Shown one piece after another: positions 25,715-37,935 of a stretch of DNA of 62,424 nt. A model generated the notes under the pieces. That model was not told the DNA's origin, made no database searches, and saw nothing but the letters and a program-made list of their open reading frames with translations. The first letter of the stretch is position 1, and each line of letters begins with the position of its first letter. The DNA lies in the NCBI GenBank assembly GCA_032718475.1, contig JAUCBJ010005519.1:1-62424 (forward strand), given 5' to 3'. A program made the translations under genes and the position numbers. Source of the DNA: Nemertoderma westbladi (taxonomy: Eukaryota; Animalia; Xenacoelomorpha).

Positions 25715-25931
25715 AATGGCTGACCACCGAACTTTACATGCACATTATGTTTGCCTGGCTGGTCGGTTTTGAACTTGACCGTCTGGGAACCGTCGTGGTT
25801 TTCCTCGACACGAGACTTTGTGATTCGGCCCCCAGGTCCGACTACTCGGGCCGTGAGGCGACCACGACCAGCAGATCTGGTAACCACGGTAACAGATGAC
25901 TCCTCGTGGACTGTTACAGAACGGCTATACT
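25690..25931 (-). CDS. FLN: Filamin exon (Ig-like repeat), last exon recognisable in the window
   Basis: EYSRSVTVHEE...ENHDGSQTVKF...VKFGGQPLKDSPIPVN. Acceptor cctttag, donor gtaagt; phase 1 to 0. Confidence 0.92.
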
Positions 25932-25967
25932 CTAAAGGCAAAAAATCATTATCGTTGATAGCTTGGT

Positions 25968-26060
25968 AACTATTTAGCAATTAAACTAGTTAGCAATAAA
26001 ACTAGTTAGCAATAAAACTAGTTAGAATTTAAACTATTTAGCAATTAAACTAATTAGCTA
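25968..26060 (-). repeat. 16-bp repeat, about 6 copies, containing the branch-point-like GCTAAC/GCTAAA
   Basis: Minus-strand unit TTTATTGCTAACTAGT inside the 159-nt intron 25932-26090. Confidence 0.75.
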
Positions 26061-26090
26061 TCAAGTAAGCATAGGATTATTATCACTAAC

Positions 26091-26280
26091 CTCTAACTTC
26101 GCACATGGTTGCATTCCCTGTAGGAACTACTTTCACTTTCACAGGACCCATTGGCACCGGTTTCCCACCGTAATTTACTTTCATTTTGTGGGTCCCAACA
26201 TCCTCCGGGGTGTAGTTTACAGCGTAGGTGCCATCGTGGTTGTCTCGGACAGATGAATCAACGGGTCTGTCGAAGGGATC
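26091..26280 (-). CDS. FLN: Filamin exon
   Basis: Manual translation DPFDRPVDSSVRDNHDGTYAVNYTPEDVGTHKMKVNYGGKPVPMGPVKVKVVPTGNATMCEVR. Acceptor taatag, donor gttagt; phase 0 to 1. Confidence 0.92.
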
Positions 26281-29200
26281 CTATTAGGGAACCATTTAGT
26301 TAATTACAGGGATCCTATTAGGGAACCATTTAGTTAATTACAGGGATCCTATTAGGGAACCATTTAGTTAATTATATTGGTCCTATTGGGGAACCATTTA
26401 GTTAATTACAATTGTCCTATTGGGGGGAACCATTTAGTTAATTACAGGGATCCTATTAGGGAACCATTTAGTTAATTACATTGGACCAATTGGGGAACCA
26501 TTTAGTTAATTACAAACGGTTCTGTCGAAGGGATCCTATTAGGGAACCATTTAGTTAATTACAAACGGGTCTGTCGAAGGGATCCTATTAGGGAACCATT
26601 TAGTTAATTACAGGGATCCTATTAGGGAACCATTTAGTTAATTACATTGGACCAATTGGGGGAACCATTTAGTTAATTACAATTGTCCTATTGGGGGGAC
26701 CATTTAGTTAATTACAGTGGTCCTATTAGGGAACCATTTAGTTAATTACATTGGTCCTATTAGGGAACCATTTAGTTAATTACATTGGACCAATTGGGGG
26801 AACCATTTAGTTAATTACAATTGTCCTATTGGGGGGACCATTTAGTTAATTACAAACGGTTCTGTCGAAGGGATCCTATTAGGGAACCATTTAGTTAATT
26901 ACAGGGATCCTGTTAGGGAACCATTTAGTTAATTATATTGGTCCTATTGGGGAACCATTTAGTTAATTACAAACGGTTCTGTCGAAGGGATCCTATTAGG
27001 GAACCATTTAGTTAATTACAAACGGGTCTGTCGAAGGGATCCTATTAGGGAACCATTTAGTTAATTACAGGGATCCTATTAGGGAACCATTTAGTTAATT
27101 ACATTGGACCAATTGGGGGAACCATTTAGTTAATTACAATTGTCCTATTGGGGGGACCATTTAGTTAATTACAGTGGTCCTATTAGGGAACCATTTAGTT
27201 AATTACATTGGACCAATTGGGGGAACCATTTAGTTAATTACAATTGTCCTATTGGGGGGACCATTTAGTTAATTACAGTGGTCCTATTAGGGAACCATTT
27301 AGTTAATTACATTGGTCCTATTAGGGAACCATTTAGTTAATTACATTGGACCAATTGGGGGAACCATTTAGTTAATTATATTGGTCCTATTGGGGAACCA
27401 TTTAGTTAATTACAAACGGTTCTGTCGAAGGGATCCTATTAGGGAACCATTTAGTTAATTACAGGGATCCTGTTAGGGAACCATTTAGTTAATTATATTG
27501 GTCCTATTGGGGAACCATTTAGTTAATTACAAACGGTTCTGTCGAAGGGATCCTATTAGGGAACCATTTAGTTAATTACAAACGGGTCTGTCGAAGGGAT
27601 CCTATTAGGGAACCATTTAGTTAATTACAGGGATCCTATTAGGGAACCATTTAGTTAATTACATTGGACCAATTGGGGGAACCATTTAGTTAATTACAAT
27701 TGTCCTATTGGGGGGACCATTTAGTTAATTACAGTGGTCCTATTAGGGAACCATTTAGTTAATTACATTGGTCCTATTAGGGAACCATTTAGTTAATTAC
27801 ATTGGACCAATTGGGGGAACCATTTAGTTAATTATATTGGTCCTATTGGGGAACCATTTAGTTAATTACAAACGGTTCTGTCGAAGGGATCCTATTAGGG
27901 AACCATTTAGTTAATTACAGGGATCCTATTAGGGAACCATTTAGTTAATTACATTGGACCAATTGGGGGAACCATTTAGTTAATTACAATTGTCCTATTG
28001 GGGGGACCATTTAGTTAATTACAGTGGTCCTATTAGGGAACCATTTAGTTAATTACATTGGTCCTATTAGGGAACCATTTAGTTAATTACATTGGACCAA
28101 TTGGGGGAACCATTTAGTTAATTATATTGGTCCTATTGGGGAACCATTTAGTTAATTACAAACGGTTCTGTCGAAGGGATCCTATTAGGGAACCATTTAG
28201 TTAATTACAGGGATCCTGTTAGGGAACCATTTAGTTAATTATATTGGTCCTATTGGGGAACCATTTAGTTAATTACAAACGGTTCTGTCGAAGGGATCCT
28301 ATTAGGGAACCATTTAGTTAATTACAAACGGGTCTGTCGAAGGGATCCTATTAGGGAACCATTTAGTTAATTACAGGGATCCTATTAGGGAACCATTTAG
28401 TTAATTACATTGGACCAATTGGGGGAACCATTTAGTTAATTACAATTGTCCTATTGGGGGGACCATTTAGTTAATTACAGTGGTCCTATTAGGGAACCAT
28501 TTAGTTAATTACATTGGTCCTATTAGGGAACCATTTAGTTAATTACATTGGACCAATTGGGGGAACCATTTAGTTAATTACAATTGTCCTATTGGGGGGA
28601 CCATTTAGTTAATTACAGGGATCCTATTAGGGAACCATTTAGTTAATTACAGGGATCCTATTAGGGAACCATTTAGTTAATTACATTGGTCCTATTGGGG
28701 GAACCATTTAGTTAATTACATTGGTCCTATTTGGGGGAACCATTTAGTTAATTACAGTGGTCCTATTGGGGGACCATTTAGTTAATTACAGTGGTCCTAT
28801 TGGGGGAACCATTTAGTTAATTACATTGGTCCTATTGGGGGAACCATTTAGTTAATTACAGTGGACCAATTGGGGGAACCATTTAGTTAATTACAGGGAT
28901 CCTATTAGGGAACCATTTAGTTAATTACAATTGTCCTATTGGGGGACCATTTAGTTAATTACAGTGGTCCTATTAGGGAACCATTTAGTTAATTACATTG
29001 GTCCTATTTGGGGGAACCATTTAGTTAATTACAATTGTCCTATTGGGGGACCATTTAGTTAATTACAGTGGTCCTATTAGGGAACCATTTAGTTAATTAC
29101 ATTGGTCCTATTTGGGGGAACCATTTAGTTAATTACAATTGTCCTATTGGGGGAACCATTTAGTTAATTACAGTGGTCCTATTAGGGAACCATTTAGTTA

Positions 29201-30331
29201 ATTACATTGGTCCTATTTGGGGGAACCATTTAGTTAATTACAATTGTCCTATTGGGGGACCATTTAGTTAATTACATTGGTCCTATTAGGGAACCATTTA
29301 GTTAATTACATTGGTCCTATTTGGGGGAACCATTTAGTTAATTACATTGGTCCTATTGGGGGAACCATTTAGTTAATTACAGAGATCCTATTAGGGAACC
29401 ATTTAGTTAATTACAGTGGTCCTATTGGGGGAACCATTTAGTTAATTACATTGGTCCTATTGGGGGAACCATTTAGTTAATTACAGTGGACCAATTGGGG
29501 GAACCATTTAGTTAATTACAGGGATCCTATTAGGGAACCATTTAGTTAATTATATTGGTCCTATTGGGGAACCATTTAGTTAATTACAAACGGTTCTGTC
29601 GAAGGGATCCTATTAGGGAACCATTTAGTTAATTACAAACGGGTCTGTCGAAGGGATCCTATTAGGGAACCATTTAGTTAATTACAGGGATCCTATTAGG
29701 GAACCATTTAGTTAATTACATTGGTCCTATTGGGGGAACCATTTAGTTAATTACATTGGTCCTATTTGGGGGAACCATTTAGTTAATTACAATTGTCCTA
29801 TTGGGGGGACCATTTAGTTAATTACAGTGGTCCTATTAGGGAACCATTTAGTTAATTACATTGGTCCTATTGGGGGAACCATTTAGTTAATTACAGAGAT
29901 CCTATTAGGGAACCATTTAGTTAATTACAGTGGTCCTATTGGGGGAACCATTTAGTTAATTACAATTGTCCTATTGGGGGGACCATTTAGTTAATTACAT
30001 TGGTCCTATTGGGGGAACCATTTAGTTAATTACATTGGTCCTATTTGGGGGAACCATTTAGTTAATTACAATTGTCCTATTGGGGGGACCATTTAGTTAA
30101 TTACAGTGGTCCTATTAGGGAACCATTTAGTTAATTACATTGGTCCTATTGGGGGAACCATTTAGTTAATTACAGAGATCCTATTAGGGAACCATTTAGT
30201 TAATTACATTTGTCCTATTGGGGGAACCATTTAGTTAATTACATTGGTCCAATTGGGGGAACCATTTAGTTAATTACATTGGTCCTATTGGGGGAACCAT
30301 TTAGTTAATTACAGTGGTCCTATTGGGGAAC
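26260..30331 (-). repeat. About 4-kb minisatellite (34-bp base unit, ~50-bp variant, roughly 110 units) made of the filamin acceptor plus exon start
   Basis: Minus-strand unit TGTAATTAACTAAATGGTTCCCTAATAG|GATCCC. The long variant extends to GATCCCTTCGACAGACCCGTT. Confidence 0.97.
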
Positions 30332-30444
30332 ATTACATTCAGTCAGCTAGCCATAGGCTTGTAATATACAGATTATTTGTTACCATGGAAATCTAGCTAT
30401 CTATAGAACATAAATTATAACCCAGCCCTCTAGCGGTGACTTAC

Positions 30445-30602
30445 AGTTATAGCGCATTCGAGGGGTGCCCTACCGGCGTCTCTGGTATCGACAAGGAATT
30501 CCACCGGCTCGGAAGCCCGCGTACCGTCTGTGACCCCTGGTCCGGACACCCTAACCTTGGACGGGTCGCAGAAGTCGGTTATAGGAACATTGAAGGGACT
30601 CC
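30445..30602 (-). CDS. FLN: Filamin exon
   Basis: GSPFNVPITDFCDPSKVRVSGPGVTDGTRASEPVEFLVDTRDAGRAPLECAIT. Acceptor ttttag, donor gtaagt; phase 1 to 0. Confidence 0.92.
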
Positions 30603-31198
30603 CTAAAAAACATTAAACAAATCTATCTATCTAGTATCTATGGCTACGATTTACTTCAACACCAAAAAAATCAAAATAAACTTTCCAAAAAAAAATCCCG
30701 TTTAGGGTTGATGACACTTTTTGTCATAGACAGACCTTATAACATTTGGTGGTACAGTCAGCAGGTTTTCGGTGGAAAGTGAGCTTATTTGGTGCAAAAA
30801 GGTATATAATTAGGTGTGCAAATAGTTTGTTGCGTCTATCTATGCATTCTTTATTACTTATGTCCAATTTAATCTCTGTGTCGGTACATTCAGTATTCAG
30901 TAACGGAAAGTGAAACTGTATTCATTAAAACAGCAATTACTATACCGGTACCGCTCCTACAAAAAAATTACAGACTGCTAGGCTGACTTCGTCCTGTAGG
31001 GTGTGGTGGATCAAAAAATTAAACATTTTCAGAAATAATCATTTGCGATATTTTCTTAAAAAAAACAGTAGTAAGTAATATTTATAAATAAATAAAGACT
31101 TAACTCTGCATAGGCCTAATTCTATAAGTTATAATTTATTGAATTCAATGGAACTAGCGAAAGTGAAATCTGTCCAAGGGCGATTCAATTTTAGTTAC

Positions 31199-31345
31199 CT
31201 GGTATAAGTTGGTCGGCAAACTTTACTATAATGTTATATTCGCCTGGTTTGGTAGGTAAATACTCAACGCTACATGTCCCATCTTTATTATCTTTGCACG
31301 TTGTTTTCGCTTCAATAGGCCCCTCAATAAACAACCCCAGGCCTC
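31199..31345 (-). CDS. FLN: Filamin exon
   Basis: [49 protein letters not shown]. Acceptor atacag, donor gtaact; 147 nt, phase 1 to 1. Confidence 0.92.
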
Positions 31346-31969
31346 CTGTATAAGTAAAATGAATGAAATTAATGTGGCTAATAATTTAAAAATGTTGTAC
31401 AAATAATATTTTGAATTTTATTGTCGTTTCTTGTAGCGAGAACACCCCATGCTGCCATGACCCTTAATTGTTTCGAATTATTTGAAAAGTTGTTGACTCA
31501 TAATTTGGCGTCATTTAACTATAAATAATCATGTCATGTTATTAATAGTTACAGTTACTTGCACACTATTAAACTGATAGAATGCAGATAGATAGTACGT
31601 AGCCAAAGTAACGCCTATCGTGATTGGTTGATTATTGTTTTGTATCTAATCGTGCCATTTTCATCAAATTACCGGTACCGGTTCAATTCTGATAGTTTTG
31701 CATAGCAACCCGCAGAATGTCAGGCTGATGCAATAGGCATACGTGGAGATTTTTGCACCTTTGAGCCTGACAGACAGCCTTAGGTACCGGTCAACCGGTG
31801 TAAGCGTGTAGGTGTAGGTAGGTCAGTAGTATCATTCATTTCATTTCATTTATCTAATACTAACGACTAATACCGGACACCGGTATTAGTCTGTTAGTCA
31901 CACAGTTCACAGTTAGAATTTTGATAAATAAGTATATTTCTGTATTTAGTTCTAATTAGGCAGGCAGGC

Positions 31970-32645
31970 CAGGCTTCAAAATGGAGTACAAAAATCGCAA
32001 CGCGTTGAGCGCGGTTTTGAAATAGTGCGCGGTAAAAGTGCGCGGAATTGAAATAAAAGTGCGCGGAATTGTGTGAAAAACACCAAAAGTGCGCGGTAAT
32101 CTGTGCAAAATATTAAAAGTCAAAATGCGCGGATGAGGTGGAGGTGTAAAAAAAAGTTATAAAGTGTGTGCAAAAGTGCAATTTAATGAGAAAAATAATT
32201 AGCCATAAAAAATTTCACTCGCTTTGCTCGCGTTTCTTTTCCATTTTGCACTGTTAAAGTTAAAAAATTTCGCTCGCTTCGCTCGCGTTTTTTTTCATGT
32301 TAGACCTGCTAACCTACCCCTACTGCCCTACATCCTACATATAAAAGTTATAAATTTCACACGCTTCGCTCGCGTTTCGTTTTCATTTTACATTATTGTT
32401 AAAATGAAAAATTTCGCTCATGTTTTTTTTTCATTTTGCATTGCTTAAATTAATTTTTTTATTTCTTAACGTTAATAAATAATACTTTTTTTATTTATTT
32501 ATTTATTCGTATGTTTGTTTGAATTGAATTGTTTTTCAGCTTGGTGTGCCCGTTTTTTCAGTCCATGCGCGGTACAGCGGTATATTTTCAGATATTGCGC
32601 GGCTGAAAAATTGTGCGCGGGCGTTGTGCGCGGTTCAGTGCTGCA
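31970..32645. mobile_element. Possible non-autonomous DNA element with multiple GTGCGCGG and CGCTTCGCTCGCG motifs
   Basis: Motif clusters at both ends and CAG...CTG termini. No clear TIR or TSD. Confidence 0.35.
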
Positions 32646-32932
32646 GTGGTGGTTTGCAGCCTGGTAGGCAGGTATGAGGTAGGCTGGTACAGTGGTAGGC
32701 CTATTATTTATAAATGTATTCACCATCTTTACATTACGTACCGGTACGGTCAGACTGTCAGACGGTAGGCTACTAAATAGAGGAAGAGGATAGTGGAATT
32801 GAATTATGAATGACTACACGCCGCCTACTGCTGTACTGTACTGTCTGTCCACCACCACTCCTGCACTCAGCCACCACCAGACCACACCACCATCTACAGA
32901 CCACAGATCTATAATTTCATAACTGTCTGACT

Positions 32933-33908
32933 GTCATGACTCGGTCCGACGAATCTGTACAAAAAAGTACAAAATAGTACAATATAGTACAAAAGAGTAC
33001 AATACAGTGCAAAAATACTACAAAAGAGTGCAAAAATAGTACAAAAGAGTACAAACGAGTGAGAAACGCATACCAAACGTGTAGGGGGCTTATACCAATA
33101 CCATTGTAGTTTACACTACACTACACTTGTATATAAATATAATTAATTGTAAGCAAATGCAATGGGCTGATTGGACCGAAATATGCGCCGCTACAGTGTC
33201 AATCACTAGCGGCCTTGGTTCTGTGGTCAGTATGAAATGATTGACAGAACTTTGATTCATGTAGATTTTGACTGGCTTACAAGTAGAAATAGGCTACAGT
33301 TCGTATAATAGGCCTACAATATAATGCAATACTATGCAGTGGGTAGATAAAACTCCTATAACTGAGACTCAAAATTTAGGTCATAGTCTTAAAGTACTGA
33401 AGTAGCCCATATACTGAAGGACTGAAGGATAGATTTACAGACTGTATGCTACATTATGTAGGCTATGTATGTCTGTATGTACGCCTCTATCTGCAACTTT
33501 ATTGAGTTCTCCCTCTGCAATTTTGCGGGCTTGGGACCGTTTTTTGTGTTTTTTGAACACAAAAGGCTGCATTAAAACTCATAAGATTGTATTGTAATAG
33601 GGGCCTACTCTCTGACTGCTAGACAGCTAGATCAGCCCCCGCCCCGCTCAATTCATGGCTCGCCCCACAATCAGACAATGCTTTGTTTTATTTTGCACAT
33701 CATGTGCGCCCCTCTAAACGATTTGAACTACACTTGGATACACGTTTTGCAAGCGTTTCTCACTCGTTTGTACTCTTTTGTACTATTTTTGCACTCTTTT
33801 GTACTATTTTTGCACTTTATTGTACTCTTTTGTATTCTTTTGTACTATATTGTACTATTTTGTATTTTTTTGTACTTTTTTGTACAAATTCGTCGGACCC
33901 GTCATGAC
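32933..33908. mobile_element. Foldback/MITE-like element with ~150-170 bp inverted arms built from GTACAAAA repeats
   Basis: GTCATGAC..GGTCCGACGAA..GTACAAAA..GAGTGAGAAACGC at 32933-33083 is mirrored at 33738-33908. Confidence 0.85.
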
Positions 33909-34134
33909 TCATGGTGCTGCAAGGCAACGCAACATTACAATGTCAAATGTAGGCCTACCGGCAGACCGGTTGCCGGTACCAGTAATTTATTAATTATTTT
34001 CGGTCCATTTATAATAGGCCTACATCGTTACTATTTTAATATTTAATATTACCGGTAGGGACTAACTGCCTAAATAACCACAATATGTTTAAGACCGTAG
34101 TTTTAAACCAAAATGTGAATAAACTGTAAAGGAA

Positions 34135-37100
34135 ATGGATGACATCGATTTGCTTCCAGATATAGACGATATCGTTCGGTTTCTAGACGACAATGGAACC
34201 GATCCGTTTTTGGAAGGGGAACTACTAAACTATGATCCTTTATGGAGTAATTATGGTGGCCAACCGCCGGCCAAGGACAACGACCCACTCACTACCTCCC
34301 TGGGAGAGTCGACGCCTTGTACCGAATCCATCGGGCCTCAGTTTAACCTCGATGGGATTAAATTAGAGAAAGAATCTCCAACGGGACCCTGTCCGTTCAA
34401 TCTCCTACCCAACTCTCCCACCATACCTATACCGTCAGTAGCATTGGCTTCGGTTGATTATCAAGTAACTCAAAATGTTTTCTCTCGACTCCCAACTATC
34501 GCTCCCAAGTCCCCACCTATAGCCACTACATTAGGATGCCTCCCCACTAAATATCAGGTTCCTTTGCTGCCTAAATCACCGGCAGTGGCGCCATTAATCC
34601 TATCCAATGTCAACTCTCCCAATCTAATAGCTAACTCACCTCCCACCTTGATAGCTAACTCCCCCACAGCCAACCCCCTTTCCCTGCCATCCCAACCCCC
34701 TTCGCCACCCTACCTGCAGGAACACACCCCTGCCCCCATAGTACCCCCTAGCCTACCCAGCACCATTGTAGCCACTCAATTTCCAGCCGTAAACGGCGGT
34801 AAAACCACCACAATCCATCTAAACGAAACGCCAATATTCGTTATAAACACGCAACCATCCCCGCCGGCCCCTCCAGCCAATCAGCAGTCAGCTCAGCAGG
34901 AAGCCATGCCGAGCGCTCCACTGATGGGTCGCTCGACGCACAACGCGATCGAGAAACGGTACCGTCTCAGCATAAACGACAAGATAATGGAGCTAAAAGA
35001 TCGTCTGTTCGGGACCACAGCCAAGATGAGTAAATCAGCGGTGCTGAAGAAGGCCTTGGAGCGGATGAACCATCTGGAGGCGACAAACAGACGCCTCGAG
35101 GCGGAGAACTCGACGCTGCGAGGGGAACTGCTGCGGTACAGAGCGGTCCATCATGACGGAATGGTCCGCCCCGACGACACAATCCAGTCGGACTCGGCAT
35201 CCAGCCCCGGCTACGGTTCGGACGACCCATTATTCCGCTCCGACTACTCCATGGACTCCGAGGAGTTCAGCCCGTTCAGCGATGCGATGAGTCCCGATCT
35301 CCCCCACCCGGGGTTCCTACGACACAACCTCGGGGGCGACCGAGCTCGGATCATCCTCTGCTCGCTCCTCTTCCTCTGTATGTTCCTCAGTCCCGTGGAC
35401 TACCTAGCCTCCTCCGCTCTCACGGCCGGTGCATCCTCCGGTGGCTACACCGGCCGCTCTCTCCAGGGCATCCTGGTGGACGACCAACTGTCCCCATCGC
35501 GTCTCGCCACCGCGATCACCTTCTCAGCTACACTCGTCGTCTCCCTCCTCTGTTTGTTTTGGATTCTGTTCTACGGAGAGCCGTTGTTCGACTCGGACCC
35601 CTCCCACGGGCTCCACTCCCGCCATCTCTCCCGCGCCTCCGTCTGTCTCCTCCGCGGGGACCCCCAGACCGCGGCCCACCACCTGCGCTCCAGTCTGGGC
35701 CCCCTGGGGCGACCCTCCCCGCGATCCTACCCCGACTACCTGGCCTCCATCGCCGTGGAGGCCGGCCGTCTGGGGCTCTCGTGCGTCCCGTTGGTGGGGG
35801 GCTGGGCCGTGGGACGGGCTGCCGGGACCCGGGGGCCAGCAGGGCAGCGCGTCCGGCAGACCGCCTCCGTCGCCGCCGGGGTCTACCTCCGTCTGGTGGA
35901 CCTACACAGCAGCGGGGCCGTGGTTGAGGGTCTCCTCGAGTCCCTCCATCAGACCCTCAGCTGTATCAACCTCAGCGCCCTCTCGGGGGCCGGGGACCCC
36001 GAGGTCTACGCGACCTGCGCGCTCTACTTCCAGACGGGCAGGTTGCCACGGTGGATCAGCAGACCCGCGGTCGCGTTGCTACTGCGACGTTGCTGTGGCA
36101 ACCAGGGCCCCATAGAGTCGCGGTTCCGCTGGATGCTGCAGCCCAACTCGTTGCAGTTCTTCCGTAGCTGGAAGATACCCGGGCGTCGGAGTGACAGCAG
36201 TCTAGGGGGCGCTGGCACAGCTCCCATTGGAGCCGGCACAGCCCCCATTGGCGCCGGCACAGCTCCCAGTAGCTGCACCACCGGTAAGGGTTGGCCTGCC
36301 GCCCTCCACGACGGAATCCTCTCGCTGTTTATCGCCGATCTCAAACGGAATCTCGTGGCGGAATGTCTCCGACTGTCGCTTCCGTCGGCGGTTCGAACTG
36401 AGTCTTCGGATCGGGTCCGACGACTCCTGGAGGAACTGGAGGCGATGGGAGGGGGGGAGGACGGGTTGACCCGTTGGTGGGTCGGGTTTGTGTCTGTCGC
36501 GCACCGCTGGAGGCACTTCGAGGAAGCTGCCACCCACTACCCTGTGGTTACCGCGATCCCAGCGGCACCCTACCCGATCTACAATCTCCTACAGTCGTTG
36601 GTTCACTCGATGAGCGCCCGGGTCGCGATGCTGGAAGGCCTAGAGACCGCCGAGTGTCTGCGACTCTGCGAGGCGGCCAGCACGCACCTAGCGGCCACTC
36701 CGGGAACCGATGAGCGGTCGCTGCTGTACGGACAGCTGATCGCGACTGATTGGTTGCTAGGGACGCGGGTCGCGTTGTGGGACCGCGGGGAGGCCAGTAG
36801 ACTGGCGAGTCGGGAGGAGTTGGTCGGGATACAACGGGATATCGGGACCATGGAGGGGTTGTCTGGGTCGCTGGGTCGGTTGGATGGGTTGACGGGACGG
36901 TTGGATGGGTTGACGGGTCGGTTGGATCTGTACCGGGTGACCCATCGACTCATGGCGGGCACCAACCCCGTTAGAGCCGACCAACTCATCGACTCGGTGG
37001 TGCGTCGTACTAACTCCGCTCCCAAGGATGCCCCTCCTCCGGTTACCATGGAAGCAGCCCACGCGATGGTCCTGGCGGGGCGACACCTCCCCCACAGTGT

Positions 37101-37227
37101 GGAGGAGCGCCAGCGTCTGCTGGTAGAAGCGGCCTCGATGTTAGACAAGCTGGGAGACCGACGGAAACTCAGTGAATGTAACCGATTAATACGACATATC
37201 GCATCGAACGCAACTCTAGTCAATTAA
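34135..37227 (+). CDS. SREBF: Sterol regulatory element-binding protein, intronless, nested antisense in a filamin intron
   Basis: Acidic N-terminus; bHLH-Zip HNAIEKRYRLSINDKI with the SREBP-diagnostic Tyr; DRAR before TM1; luminal GRSL; TM2 ending YGEP; long C-terminal regulatory region. AATAAA near 37758. Confidence 0.97.
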   Translation: MDDIDLLPDIDDIVRFLDDNGTDPFLEGELLNYDPLWSNYGGQPPAKDNDPLTTSLGESTPCTESIGPQFNLDGIKLEKESPTGPCPFNLLPNSPTIPIPSVALASVDYQVTQNVFSRLPTIAPKSPPIATTLGCLPTKYQVPLLPKSPAVAPLILSNVNSPNLIANSPPTLIANSPTANPLSLPSQPPSPPYLQEHTPAPIVPPSLPSTIVATQFPAVNGGKTTTIHLNETPIFVINTQPSPPAPPANQQSAQQEAMPSAPLMGRSTHNAIEKRYRLSINDKIMELKDRLFGTTAKMSKSAVLKKALERMNHLEATNRRLEAENSTLRGELLRYRAVHHDGMVRPDDTIQSDSASSPGYGSDDPLFRSDYSMDSEEFSPFSDAMSPDLPHPGFLRHNLGGDRARIILCSLLFLCMFLSPVDYLASSALTAGASSGGYTGRSLQGILVDDQLSPSRLATAITFSATLVVSLLCLFWILFYGEPLFDSDPSHGLHSRHLSRASVCLLRGDPQTAAHHLRSSLGPLGRPSPRSYPDYLASIAVEAGRLGLSCVPLVGGWAVGRAAGTRGPAGQRVRQTASVAAGVYLRLVDLHSSGAVVEGLLESLHQTLSCINLSALSGAGDPEVYATCALYFQTGRLPRWISRPAVALLLRRCCGNQGPIESRFRWMLQPNSLQFFRSWKIPGRRSDSSLGGAGTAPIGAGTAPIGAGTAPSSCTTGKGWPAALHDGILSLFIADLKRNLVAECLRLSLPSAVRTESSDRVRRLLEELEAMGGGEDGLTRWWVGFVSVAHRWRHFEEAATHYPVVTAIPAAPYPIYNLLQSLVHSMSARVAMLEGLETAECLRLCEAASTHLAATPGTDERSLLYGQLIATDWLLGTRVALWDRGEASRLASREELVGIQRDIGTMEGLSGSLGRLDGLTGRLDGLTGRLDLYRVTHRLMAGTNPVRADQLIDSVVRRTNSAPKDAPPPVTMEAAHAMVLAGRHLPHSVEERQRLLVEAASMLDKLGDRRKLSECNRLIRHIASNATLVN

Positions 37228-37935
37228 ATTAACCAACTAAACAACCGGAATGTAACTAGGTGACTGATGATATTATATAATAATACTTTATATACTTGGT
37301 GTTTATTTTATTTATTTACTCTTCCATCTTCTCTACCCCTACTAATACTCTACCCCCTATATACTTCTCTACTACTATAATACTATCGCTGTAGGATTTA
37401 TTGACCAATATTAATTTTAGGTTGTAGGGTTGGGGATGATCGTGTCACAGCATAGCATAATATAGCATAGCATAATATAGCATAGCATAATATAGCATAG
37501 CATCGTAGCTCTATAATACTTAGTTTGCTTTACTTGTGCTGAACCCAGCTATATATTCCGTGCGCTATTTATTATATTTCCATTATATTTCCGTGCGTTA
37601 AACCCACAGCTAATGTTGTTGATATATAATAATGTTTAGGAATATATATCGCACATTGTTTTTGGTGCACCGCCACCATATGTTAATATTATAGAACCAA
37701 CGGGTTTGTCATTAACTGAAACATTATTAATTATAATTTAATTGTAAATCCTAAACCAATAAAAATAAATTTAATGATCCGCAGTTAATTCAACCAGATT
37801 TACTATGTCTTTAAATAATTAGGAAAGTCTCCAGAATGAAATATCCTTATAATTAGTTATTGGTAAACCCGATTATCTGTTACGCATCTGCTTTTATAAT
37901 TTTAACTTTTAGCTTTTTAGTGTTCACTCTGTCTC

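Noticed and set aside
26281-30331. CRISPR-like constant repeat with variable intervening bases
   Set aside because: The variable parts are few, short and recurrent, and derive from the adjacent exon. No cas genes; eukaryotic intron.
34967-37223. Overlapping and antisense ORFs within SREBP
   Set aside because: Expected shadows of GC-rich coding sequence, with no recognisable motifs.
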